DNA of 64,000 nucleotides from an uncultured Gemmatimonadaceae bacterium (GTDB lineage Bacteria > Gemmatimonadota > Gemmatimonadetes > Gemmatimonadales > Gemmatimonadaceae): NCBI GenBank assembly GCA_963740355.1, contig CAVUDW010000002.1, positions 1,024,001 through 1,088,000 on the forward strand. Direction: 5' to 3'. This document shows, piece by piece, positions 18,898-27,718 of the stretch. Under the pieces are notes generated by a model. The model was given only the letters and a program-made list of their open reading frames with translations, was not told the origin of the DNA and searched no databases. Made by a program: the position numbers and the translations under genes. Position 1 is the stretch's first letter, and every line of letters begins with the position of its first letter.

Positions 18898-20283
18898 ATG
18901 GCAGAATTTGAAGGCCTGATGGTTTCGGTCTCCGGCATCCGAGGCCGAGTCGGCGCCGGACTGACCCCCGAAGTCGTGGCTACGTACGCGGCAGGATTTG
19001 GGGCCTGGGCGACTGGGCTCAAGCCGGGCCGCCCCATCGTCGTCGGGCGTGACAGTCGCGTCTCGGGCACCATGTTCCATCGCGTCGTGCTCTCGGCGCT
19101 GGAGTCGGTGGGCTGCGATGTGATCGACATTGGCGTCGTGCCGACCCCGACCGTTCAGTTGTCCGTGGAGCATCACCACGCCGCCGGCGGCCTCGCTATC
19201 ACGGCCAGCCACAACCCGGTCGAATGGAATGCGCTCAAGTTCATCGGCTCGTCGGGGCTGTTCCTCGATCAGACCGACAGCCTGAGTTTCCGGGCAGCCA
19301 CAGATAAGGGCTTTAATCGCGCGACCTGGGACAAGCTCGGCTCGACAACACAGGACACCGAAGCCATTCAGCGGCATCTGGCCCTGATTCTCGCTTTAAA
19401 ATACGTCGATGTGCCGGCCCTGCGGGCGCGAAAGCTCAAGGTCGCGCTCGATTGCGTACGCGGCGCTGGCGCCCCGATCATGCTCGCGCTGCTGGACGCG
19501 CTGGGCTGCGAGGTGACCGCCATTCACACCGAAGCCGACGGTCGTTTCCCGCACGCCCCTGAGCCGATTGCCGAAAACCTTGGCGATCTGTCCGAGCTGG
19601 TGAAGCGGACTGGTGCAGACGTCGGGTTGGCCGTCGACCCCGACGTTGACCGGCTCGCCATCGTGGATGAGCACGGTACGCCGATAGGTGAGGACTACAC
19701 GCTGGCGTTCGCCACGGCACTCGTCCTGCGAAAGACGCCGGGTGTAGTTGTGACCAATCTGTCCACGAGCCGTGTAGTGGAAGACGCTGCGGTGGCCGCT
19801 GGCCAGCGCTGTGTCCGTGCGCCGGTTGGTGAGGCCAACGTGGCATCCGCCATGAAGGCCGAAAAGGCTGCGATTGGCGGGGAAGGGAATGGCGGAGTGA
19901 TCCTGCCGGACCTGCACCTGGGTCGCGACGCGCCTGCTGGCGCGGCGCTGGTGCTGCAATTGCTATGTGAAACGGGGAAGACGCCCTCGCAGCTCAAGGC
20001 GGAGGCGCCGCAGTACGAAATTGTGAAGGACAAGCTGGATCGGCCGGATGCCCCACTGGGGGATGTCTACGCCGCGCTGCGATCGGCTTTTCCGGATGCA
20101 GCGGTGGACACGCAGGACGGGTTGCGGTTGTCGTGGCCGGACCGGTGGGTGCATGTGCGCCCGTCGGGCACGGAGCCGATCGTGCGGGTGATCGCCGAAG
20201 CGCCGACGCGCGCCGAGGCGGAAGCCCTGGTGTCGCAGTCGCGTGAACCGCTGGATGAACTCGTGCGCGCCTCTGCGCGCTGA
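18898..20283 (+). CDS. glmM: Phosphoglucosamine mutase / phosphohexomutase
   Basis: SVSGIRG, GRDSR, TASHNP, DPDVDR, GGEGNGG, RPSGTEP; immediately upstream of glmS. Confidence 0.85.
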   Translation: MAEFEGLMVSVSGIRGRVGAGLTPEVVATYAAGFGAWATGLKPGRPIVVGRDSRVSGTMFHRVVLSALESVGCDVIDIGVVPTPTVQLSVEHHHAAGGLAITASHNPVEWNALKFIGSSGLFLDQTDSLSFRAATDKGFNRATWDKLGSTTQDTEAIQRHLALILALKYVDVPALRARKLKVALDCVRGAGAPIMLALLDALGCEVTAIHTEADGRFPHAPEPIAENLGDLSELVKRTGADVGLAVDPDVDRLAIVDEHGTPIGEDYTLAFATALVLRKTPGVVVTNLSTSRVVEDAAVAAGQRCVRAPVGEANVASAMKAEKAAIGGEGNGGVILPDLHLGRDAPAGAALVLQLLCETGKTPSQLKAEAPQYEIVKDKLDRPDAPLGDVYAALRSAFPDAAVDTQDGLRLSWPDRWVHVRPSGTEPIVRVIAEAPTRAEAEALVSQSREPLDELVRASAR

Positions 20284-20321
20284 GTGCTGGACTTCAAAGT
20301 TTTTCGGGAAGGATTGAACTC

Positions 20322-22148
20322 ATGTGCGGAATCGTCGGGTACGTTGGCAACAAGGAATCGACCCCACTGCTGTTGGAAGGTTTGCGTCGGCTCGAGTATC
20401 GCGGGTATGACTCGGCGGGTGTCGCGACGATGAATGGCGCGGGCGTGGAAATGCGCCGTGCAGCCGGCAAGATCGCAAAGCTCGAACAGGCCATCGCCGA
20501 GAACCCGACGCACGGATCGGTCGGCATCGCGCATACGCGGTGGGCCACCCACGGTCCACCGACGGAACGCAACGCCCATCCGCACATGGATGAAGCGAAG
20601 ACGATCGCCGTGGTGCACAACGGCATCATCGAGAATTCGCATTCACTGAAGAAGTCGCTCGAAGGTCGCGGACATGTCTTCGCGTCCGATACCGACACCG
20701 AAGTGTTGTCGCACCTGATCGAGGAGCTGTTCGACGGCAGCCTCGAAGACGCAGTGGTGCAGGCACTGAAGCGAGTCGAAGGCACCTACGGCATCGCCGT
20801 GATCTCGAGCCGTGACAAGGACAAGATCGTGGCCGCTCGCAAGGGCAGCCCGCTGTTGATCGGCGTTGGCAAGGATGAATGGTTCGTGGCCAGCGACGTC
20901 TCGGCAATCCTCGCGCACACGCGCGACGTGGTCTATCTCGAGGATGGTGATGTGGCTGTGTTGACGCGCACCGGTTTCCGCGTCATCGACCATTCACAGA
21001 GCACCGTCACGAAGGTGATCAGCAAGATCGACTGGGACATCGACCAGATCGAGCGCGGTGGGTACGCGCACTTCATGCTGAAGGAAATCTTCGAGCAGCC
21101 GGTGACGGTCGAGAACACCATGCGCGGTCGCATGTTGCAGGAAGAGGGCACAGCCAAGCTGGGTGGCCTGAACCTGACCGACGAGCAGCTGCTGAAGATC
21201 GACAACATCATCATCACCGCCTGCGGTACCTCGTGGCACTCGGCCTTGATCGGCGAGCAGTTGCTGGAAGAGTTCGCACGGATTCCGGTGGAAGTGGAAT
21301 ACGCCTCGGAATTCCGCTACAAGAATCCGATCGTCACCGAACGCACATTGTGCATCGTGATCTCGCAGTCGGGTGAGACGGCCGATACGTTGGCCGCCCT
21401 GCGCGAAGCGAAGTCACGTGGCGCGAAGACGCTTGGCCTCGTGAACGTGGTGGGTTCCACGATCGCGCGTGAAGCCGACGGTGGCATCTACCTGCACGCC
21501 GGTCCCGAGATCGGTGTCGCGAGCACCAAGGCCTTCACCAGCCAGGTGATTGCGCTGACGTTGCTGGCGCTCAAGATCGGTCGCCTGCGCACGATGAGCA
21601 TCCTGCAGGGTCGCCAGGTGATCGCTGCGTTGTCGGCCTTGCCGGCGCAGATCACGCAGATCCTCGAGCGCGCCGCGGATGTCGAGGCGGTGGCGGAAGA
21701 GTTCAAGCGCGCCCAGAACTTCTTGTACCTCGGTCGCGGCTACAACTTCCCCAGCGCACTCGAAGGGGCGTTGAAGCTGAAGGAAATCAGCTACATCCAC
21801 GCCGAAGGGTATCCGGCGGCCGAGATGAAGCACGGCCCGATCGCGCTCATCGACGAGATGATGCCGGTGGTGTTCATCGCGCCGCACGATGCCGTGTTCG
21901 ACAAGGTCGTGAGCAACGTGCAGGAAGTGAAGGCACGCAAGGGCACGGTGGTCGCCATCACCACGCGCGATGAGGCATCGCTCGAGGGCCTGGTGGACTA
22001 CGACTTCCGCATCCCTGAGACGCTCGACATGCTGACGCCGATCCTGGCCAGCGTGCCGTTGCAGTTGCTGGCGTACTACATCGCGGTGAAGCGAGGCTGC
22101 AACGTTGACCAGCCGCGCAACCTGGCGAAGAGCGTGACGGTGGAGTGA
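20322..22148 (+). CDS. glmS: Glutamine--fructose-6-phosphate transaminase
   Basis: MCGIVGY start, HTRWATHG, SQSGETADT, C-terminal PRNLAKSVTVE. Confidence 0.98.
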   Translation: MCGIVGYVGNKESTPLLLEGLRRLEYRGYDSAGVATMNGAGVEMRRAAGKIAKLEQAIAENPTHGSVGIAHTRWATHGPPTERNAHPHMDEAKTIAVVHNGIIENSHSLKKSLEGRGHVFASDTDTEVLSHLIEELFDGSLEDAVVQALKRVEGTYGIAVISSRDKDKIVAARKGSPLLIGVGKDEWFVASDVSAILAHTRDVVYLEDGDVAVLTRTGFRVIDHSQSTVTKVISKIDWDIDQIERGGYAHFMLKEIFEQPVTVENTMRGRMLQEEGTAKLGGLNLTDEQLLKIDNIIITACGTSWHSALIGEQLLEEFARIPVEVEYASEFRYKNPIVTERTLCIVISQSGETADTLAALREAKSRGAKTLGLVNVVGSTIAREADGGIYLHAGPEIGVASTKAFTSQVIALTLLALKIGRLRTMSILQGRQVIAALSALPAQITQILERAADVEAVAEEFKRAQNFLYLGRGYNFPSALEGALKLKEISYIHAEGYPAAEMKHGPIALIDEMMPVVFIAPHDAVFDKVVSNVQEVKARKGTVVAITTRDEASLEGLVDYDFRIPETLDMLTPILASVPLQLLAYYIAVKRGCNVDQPRNLAKSVTVE

Positions 22149-22170
22149 TCCCCGGCGCTGGATGAAAGCG

Positions 22171-22209
22171 AAGCGGGGCGGATCTGGTTTCAGATTCGCC
22201 CCGCTTTTT
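22171..22209 (+). terminator. Intrinsic terminator of glmS (hairpin copy 1)
   Basis: AGCGGGGCGGATCTG-GTTT-CAGATTCGCCCCGCT followed by TTTT. Confidence 0.85.
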
Positions 22210-22304
22210 ATCCACGATGCTGCTCGCCCGCTTCCGACTCAAGACCGAATGGACCGATCGGCAGCGCGGCGCCGATGCGGGACGCTACGCGTTCACAAAC
22301 GACT

Positions 22305-22727
22305 TCACTGCTGCTGGTCTGAGCGAAACGGGTTCAGCACACGCACGCCGTCAAACACCTGACCGTGCTGCAGATCTTCTGAAAGCACCGTGTCGCACCC
22401 GACGGCGCGTGCAGCTTCGACTATCGCGGCATCCCAATAACTCAATTGCCAACGGGCTGATGCCTCGAGTGCTCGGTGGACGATCCCGATCGTCAGATCC
22501 TGCACTGGGTAGCGCTGCCACGTCGCAATCAATGCAACGGCCTCATCGTGTTGCAATCGTTGCGCGCGTGATGGGCGAGTGGCCTGCACGTAGAATTCCT
22601 GAAGCACTTGCGTCGAGAGCGCCAGATCGTGCGACCGAAGCAGCTCGCGCGCGATCAGCGCTTTCGCGGTCTCGGCGAGGGCGGTGCTGATCGAATACAG
22701 CAGGATGTTCGTGTCAACGAAGCGCAT
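22305..22727 (-). CDS. PIN-domain (VapC-like) toxin
   Basis: FVDTNILLY, STQVLQEF, LSYWDAAIV, LSEDLQHG, LNPF. Confidence 0.93.
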   Translation of the reverse strand: MRFVDTNILLYSISTALAETAKALIARELLRSHDLALSTQVLQEFYVQATRPSRAQRLQHDEAVALIATWQRYPVQDLTIGIVHRALEASARWQLSYWDAAIVEAARAVGCDTVLSEDLQHGQVFDGVRVLNPFRSDQQQ

Positions 22728-22968
22728 CGCGATCGTGCACGTCGTCGCGGCTGAGCCGCGTGGCGGCGGAGTACCCAGCCCCGCGCTCCTGAATCCGCGT
22801 CAGGATGGCCTCCTGCTCCTGCAACAGACGATCGTAGACGCTGCCCTGTGCAGCGATCGTGATCAGATACTCGCGGACAAGTGCGGAGACTGACGTGCGC
22901 GATTCCGCTGCCCTGATCCGGGCAGCGTCGTACACATCGTCTGGCACGGAGACTGTGATATTTGCCAC
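22714..22968 (-). CDS. Ribbon-helix-helix antitoxin (VapB-like)
   Basis: ANITVSVPDDVYDAARIRAAESRTSVSALVREYL, C-terminal LSRDDVHDR; overlaps the toxin start; GTG start at 22968. Confidence 0.88.
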   Translation of the reverse strand: MANITVSVPDDVYDAARIRAAESRTSVSALVREYLITIAAQGSVYDRLLQEQEAILTRIQERGAGYSAATRLSRDDVHDRDALR

Positions 22969-22979
22969 AGTTTCACAGT
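22952..22979. promoter_or_regulatory. Candidate TA autoregulatory operator ACTGTGA-N14-TCACAGT spanning the antitoxin start
   Basis: Inverted repeat plus a further CACAGT half-site over the GTG start codon; typical position for an RHH antitoxin operator. Confidence 0.5.
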
Positions 22980-23027
22980 ATCCCTCTTTGGGATTTCTCG
23001 CAAGGGCCCGACGATTCACTCGGAATC

Positions 23028-23066
23028 GGCAGCGGGGCGGATCTGAGTCAGATCCGCCCCGCTGCC
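23028..23066. repeat. Hairpin copy 2, near-identical to the glmS terminator
   Basis: GGCAGCGGGGCGGATCTG-AGT-CAGATCCGCCCCGCTGCC perfect 18-bp stem; no T-tract. Confidence 0.9.
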
Positions 23067-23102
23067 ATTCGCCCCATCAGATCACCGCATCGACCGAGCG
23101 CG

Positions 23103-25997
23103 TCAGAACAACTCCGTCCCATCCCCCAGCATGCCCACGAAGCAATCACGCCCCGGGTTCAGGCACTTGGTGACGATCGAGCGGAAGAACGACGGCGTCC
23201 AGCCGTTCATCCAATCGGCATGGGCTGAGTAGCCGCCGCGCGTTGAGGTGCTGTACATGTCCGACGTCAAGCGCCAGTAGTTCGTGTCCATGCCACTGGC
23301 GACCTTCCAGTGGAAGATCTCGCTGATGATCGGCAGCATCACCGGGTGGGTGGACGGACAGGTGGACCGCTGCGGCGGATTGCGATACACCGGATAGGCC
23401 ATGTGGCTCTTGTGATCCGGCGAGTCGAGATTCACGCCGTCCCAGCACTGCGGGAAGCTGATGGTGAGCGTGGCGATGTCGCCGACCGGGCAACTGGCGA
23501 TGGCACCGTTGTTGGTGCGATTCGCGTTCTCACAGCCCCACACCGCCACTTCGAGCTCGTTGATCATCTGCACGCCGCCGACGTTGTTCTTGTTGCCGGC
23601 GATCATCATCAGCCCCGCGGGAATTTCCTTCACGATCGCCGGATCGACGTTGTAGCCGGTCTTGTAGTAGATCGTGGCGAAGTCGGGCGTGATGACCTGG
23701 CTGGTACGGCTGTCGAACAGCGCCGGCACCCAATATCCGGTGCGATTCACCGTGCCACCGATGCAGCTGCCGTTGCCGCTGCTCGCGAGGCTCGCCGCAG
23801 TGGAGTTGGGAGTGATGTCGGTGTTGCCGAAGAACATGTGCAGGTGTGAACTGTTGGCCACGCCTGGATACACGATCGGGTCGAAGAAGCCCATCTTCGA
23901 CATGTTACAGGTCATGCGGAAGCTGCCTTCACCCATCGGCGCGCTGGGGTTTGCACCACTGCGCACGTTGGTGTGATTGATGCCGCCATCGCCAAGCGGA
24001 ATCGAGAGCACGGATGCATTCAGCCCCGACATGCCAGGCGTGACATTCTCGACCTGCTCGAACTGCTGCTCGCCAATTTCACAGCGCACCCAATTGCCAC
24101 TCGGCGTGCCACTGAATCCAGGGCTGTAGCCGCTCGCTGCGCACGGTACGTCACCGTAGAAGGTCTGCGTATAGGTCGCACCGTTGCTGGCCACGAGTCG
24201 CACATCGCGTCGACCGGTGAAGCTGCAGATCGCGCCCGTGTTCGAGCAGAAGGTCCACGTCTGCGGCGGTGCCGCCGTGACGGTCACATTGCGGGTCGCA
24301 GTGACCTGTGTGCCGCTCACGGTCGCGGTGAGCGTCGTGGCAGTGCCGGCCGTCTGGCCTACGAACGACGTGCGATAGCTCGAGTCGGCCGAGTTGAACG
24401 AGACGGTCGAAATGCGACCGGCGCTGGTGCCGCCTGATGCCACGACGCTCACGGAAAGACCGGCGCCCTTCTTGTTGCCGGCGCCATCGCGTGGCGTGAT
24501 GATGATCGAGGCACCGCTGCCGATCGCGATCGAATCGGCGCTGGTGGTGAATGTCGTACTGCTCCCACTGACGGCGCCCGCCACGACGCGAAGGGTGCGT
24601 GTTGTCGAGAGCGTGACGCTGCCGGCGACTGCGCGCGCGGTGAGTGGGGAGCCGACGGTCGCGCCAGTGAAGGTGAGGCGATAGCTCGAGTCACTCGCCT
24701 GATAGGTGCTGCTGCTCATCGCCCCGGCCGCGGTGCCGCCGGTCGCGGTGACAGACACCGTCTGACCGTCGCCCAGCTTGTTGCCCTGCGCGTCTTTCGG
24801 CGTGACGACCAGCTGTACTGTGCCGCCGACGGAAATCGAGTCGGGCGAGACGGTGAACGTGCTGCTGGCCGCGTTGATGGCGCCGGCGGTGATGCGAATC
24901 GGGAAGCTTGCCGCCGACAGGCCCGGCGCGCTGAACTGGATGCGCGCGTTGCCCGCGGACCCTGTGACGGTCAGCGCGGGGAAGCTCACCGTGCCGTCGA
25001 TGCCGGTGCTGATCGGACCGCCGCCAATGAGCGTGACGCCCGTGAGCGCGCCGCCATTGGCTGACGTCAGGCTGGCCGTGACCGGAACGCCGGCCTGCAG
25101 CACGATGCCGCTGTTGGCGTCGCGCAGCGCCACCACTGCCGCCGCCAAGGGCGAGCCGCTGCGAACGGCGATGCCGCCCGTCGTATCGCCCGGGACCGTG
25201 GTGATTGCAACCTTGGTGGCCGGCACCGGCGGGGGGACGGGCGTGAAGACAGTCAGCTTCCGCGTCACGGCGAGCGGGACACCGTTCACCGATGCCACCA
25301 GCGTGAGCGGCGTCCCGCTGGTGGTGCCGGTGATGCTGGCGCGGTAGGTCGAGTCGGCGACGTTGAAGGCGACCGACGAGATCGCGGCAACCGATGTTCC
25401 GCCGCCCAGGACCGCAGTAACTGTTTCGCCGTCTCCAAGGCGGTTACCTGCGTCGTCGAGCAGAGAAAGGACCATCTGGGCCACGCCACCAACCGGGATC
25501 GAATCCGGGAGCAACGTCAAAGCGGAGGCGGTGCCGGATGCTTTCCCGACGCTGAGCTGGATCGGGATGCTGGCGGCAACGAGGGAGCCGCTGGTGAGCA
25601 CGAGGCGGCCGGTTGTCCCGGCCGTTCCCCTGATCACCAAACTGCCGAGCTTGGCTTGGCCGAGTGCGTCGGTCATCACCGAATCGCTGCCGACGATCGA
25701 CGCGCCCACCCACGGGCCGCCCGCGTTCGACTGAAGCGAGGCGCGCACGATGGAGTTCGCGGCCGGCACTGCAGCGCCCGAGGCGTTCACGACCTGGATG
25801 ATGACGGTGCCGAGCGTGTCGCCGCTGGCGACTCGGCGGGGGCCGGAGCTCGTGTCCGGCGGGGTCACGAAGGTCAGAGCCGCCGGAATGACGGCGGGGG
25901 CAGGGCCTTGGTTGACCAGTTTCACCGTCGGTGCGTCAGACTTGCAGCCCAGGACGGCGAGGAGGGCCGTCTGGAGGCAAGTTCGAGCGACACGCAT
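23103..25997 (-). CDS. Large putative lipoprotein: Ig/invasin-like repeats plus C-terminal DUF1996 domain
   Basis: Lipobox-like LLAVLGC; three related repeats (DSI.vG...P.Da.GN..G.G..V...GGT...ADSsYR); DUF1996-type motifs FRMTC, DPIVYPG, HLHMFFGN, YWVP, FPQCWDG, DHKSH, CPSTHPV, HADWMNGW. Confidence 0.8.
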   Translation of the reverse strand: MRVARTCLQTALLAVLGCKSDAPTVKLVNQGPAPAVIPAALTFVTPPDTSSGPRRVASGDTLGTVIIQVVNASGAAVPAANSIVRASLQSNAGGPWVGASIVGSDSVMTDALGQAKLGSLVIRGTAGTTGRLVLTSGSLVAASIPIQLSVGKASGTASALTLLPDSIPVGGVAQMVLSLLDDAGNRLGDGETVTAVLGGGTSVAAISSVAFNVADSTYRASITGTTSGTPLTLVASVNGVPLAVTRKLTVFTPVPPPVPATKVAITTVPGDTTGGIAVRSGSPLAAAVVALRDANSGIVLQAGVPVTASLTSANGGALTGVTLIGGGPISTGIDGTVSFPALTVTGSAGNARIQFSAPGLSAASFPIRITAGAINAASSTFTVSPDSISVGGTVQLVVTPKDAQGNKLGDGQTVSVTATGGTAAGAMSSSTYQASDSSYRLTFTGATVGSPLTARAVAGSVTLSTTRTLRVVAGAVSGSSTTFTTSADSIAIGSGASIIITPRDGAGNKKGAGLSVSVVASGGTSAGRISTVSFNSADSSYRTSFVGQTAGTATTLTATVSGTQVTATRNVTVTAAPPQTWTFCSNTGAICSFTGRRDVRLVASNGATYTQTFYGDVPCAASGYSPGFSGTPSGNWVRCEIGEQQFEQVENVTPGMSGLNASVLSIPLGDGGINHTNVRSGANPSAPMGEGSFRMTCNMSKMGFFDPIVYPGVANSSHLHMFFGNTDITPNSTAASLASSGNGSCIGGTVNRTGYWVPALFDSRTSQVITPDFATIYYKTGYNVDPAIVKEIPAGLMMIAGNKNNVGGVQMINELEVAVWGCENANRTNNGAIASCPVGDIATLTISFPQCWDGVNLDSPDHKSHMAYPVYRNPPQRSTCPSTHPVMLPIISEIFHWKVASGMDTNYWRLTSDMYSTSTRGGYSAHADWMNGWTPSFFRSIVTKCLNPGRDCFVGMLGDGTELF

Positions 25998-26141
25998 CCG
26001 GGAGGATGGCACCGCAACGGCGCGGGGCAAAAGGAGCACGATCGGAATGGCGAAGAGCGAGACGTCGACCTGTTCGATATCGGGACCCCGACGCGTCCGT
26101 CTTCCTCAGACGGCCAGCCCGGAATCTTCTCCCCGCGGGGC

Positions 26142-26157
26142 TGCAAGGAATGGGCCC
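26142..26157 (-). promoter_or_regulatory. Candidate sigma-54 promoter for the DUF1996 gene
   Basis: GGGCCCATTCCTTGCA gives GG-N10-GC with TTGCA; 2 mismatches to TGGCAC-N5-TTGCA. Confidence 0.35.
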
Positions 26158-26296
26158 GGCCACTCACAAATCGGCCGAGCCGGAATCTCGCACCATTACC
26201 AGCGCCGCAGTAGTCCGCTCCGCGACGACGTCGTGCTTTCCCTTACACGACGCCAGAAATTGCCACTGATAGGATCAGTCCGGCCAGAATTCCGGT

Positions 26297-27718
26297 TCAG
26301 GGAACCGCGGTCACCGGCCCGGCCAGCCGCTGCACCAGCTGCTCCCAGAACGACACCGAGACGTGAAACGCCTCGACTGCGATCCGCTCGTCGCGACCAT
26401 GTGCGCGGGACGGCTCGTTCTGCTCGAACGCGAGTGCGCTCAAGCCGTAGGTCGGGATACCAGCATTACGTGTGAACAGTCCGTCCGTCGCACCGGTGGA
26501 CATCTCCGGGACCACCGGTGCCCCGCCGAAGAATTGCCGCGACAGGGCGTTCATCGCGCCCATCACATCCGGTCGCAACGGCGACGGCGGACTCGGCACC
26601 ACTTCGCGCGTGCGGCTCACTTTCACCTTCGGACCCACGACGCGTTGCAGCACGGCCATCACTGAATCCGCCGGATCATCCGGCAGCATGCGGCAGTTCA
26701 CCAGTGCCGATGCCTTCTGCGGCAGCGCATTGTCGGCATGCCCACCCGCCAGTCGTGTGGCCACGCAGGTCGTGCGCAACACGGAGTTGAAGTACGCATT
26801 CACCGCTGACAACTTCGCGGCGGTGGCCGAGTCCGTCTGGCCGCTCGCGATTGCGCGCATCAGCGGCGCCACTTCCGGCGACTGCATTGCTGCACTTTCG
26901 CGGAAGAACGCCGTCGAGACTTCGTTCAGTCGCACCGGAAAGCTGAACGCACCGAGACGCGACAGCCCGGCCGACAGTTCATAGATCGCATTGTCGGCGC
27001 GCGGCAGCGAACTATGTCCGCCCGGGTTCGTTGTCACGAGGTCGAAATCAGCGTACACCTTTTCGCTCGCCTGCATCGACATGCCAAGCGCCTTGCCGTT
27101 CTCCATCGCCACACCGCCGGCATCGGTGTTGAGCGCGAATTCGGCGTCGAACAGTTCCTTGTGATTCTTGATCAGCCAGCGGATCGAGTTGCCGTCCGTC
27201 TCTTCGTCGGCCGTGAGCACCGCGATCAAGTCGCGCTCCGGCACCCAGCCGGCCCGCTTCCAGCGCACGAAGGTGGCAACGATCGCAGCCAGGCCGGCCT
27301 TGTTGTCTTCCACGCCGCGGCCGTAGTACCAGCCGTCGGCTTCGCCGAAGGTGAAGGGCGGGCGCGACCAATCGCTGGCCAGAGCCGTCACCACGTCCAT
27401 GTGCGCCATCAGCAGCAACGGCTTCCTGTCGGTCGCCTTGCCGCGATAACGCACGACCAGCGCGGTGAGCGTCGGTGATGGTCCCAGCAACTGTACGTCG
27501 CGCGCGGCGAAGCCGGCCGCACGCATCCGCCGCGCAATCGCAAGTCCGATGCGCTGCACACCGAGTGTTCCCGACGAGCTGTTGATGCTCACCAGTTCCG
27601 AAAGAATCGCGCGTTCCTCCGCGCGGTGCGCAGCAGGCTTGGGCTGAGCCTGCGCGAGCAGAACGGAACTGCACACACCCAGCAGTGCCGCCGCGCGGCG
27701 AACGGTCACACGAATCAT
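26297..27718 (-). CDS. Secreted M20/M25/M40-family metallopeptidase
   Basis: Signal peptide, AHMDVV, GRGVEDNK, ADEE, GGHSS, GATD, AHGRDER. Confidence 0.9.
   Translation of the reverse strand: MIRVTVRRAAALLGVCSSVLLAQAQPKPAAHRAEERAILSELVSINSSSGTLGVQRIGLAIARRMRAAGFAARDVQLLGPSPTLTALVVRYRGKATDRKPLLLMAHMDVVTALASDWSRPPFTFGEADGWYYGRGVEDNKAGLAAIVATFVRWKRAGWVPERDLIAVLTADEETDGNSIRWLIKNHKELFDAEFALNTDAGGVAMENGKALGMSMQASEKVYADFDLVTTNPGGHSSLPRADNAIYELSAGLSRLGAFSFPVRLNEVSTAFFRESAAMQSPEVAPLMRAIASGQTDSATAAKLSAVNAYFNSVLRTTCVATRLAGGHADNALPQKASALVNCRMLPDDPADSVMAVLQRVVGPKVKVSRTREVVPSPPSPLRPDVMGAMNALSRQFFGGAPVVPEMSTGATDGLFTRNAGIPTYGLSALAFEQNEPSRAHGRDERIAVEAFHVSVSFWEQLVQRLAGPVTAVP

Noticed and set aside
20284..20321. 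glmS ribozyme
   Set aside because: Only 38 bp between glmM and glmS
22149..26039. Tn7-like transposon at attTn7
   Set aside because: No tns genes, no TGT...ACA ends with TnsB-site arrays and no evident 5-bp target duplication
26040..26140. c-di-GMP riboswitch upstream of the DUF1996 gene
   Set aside because: A short CCGTCT/AGACGG stem exists but the GAAA tetraloop and GCAAA consensus elements are missing
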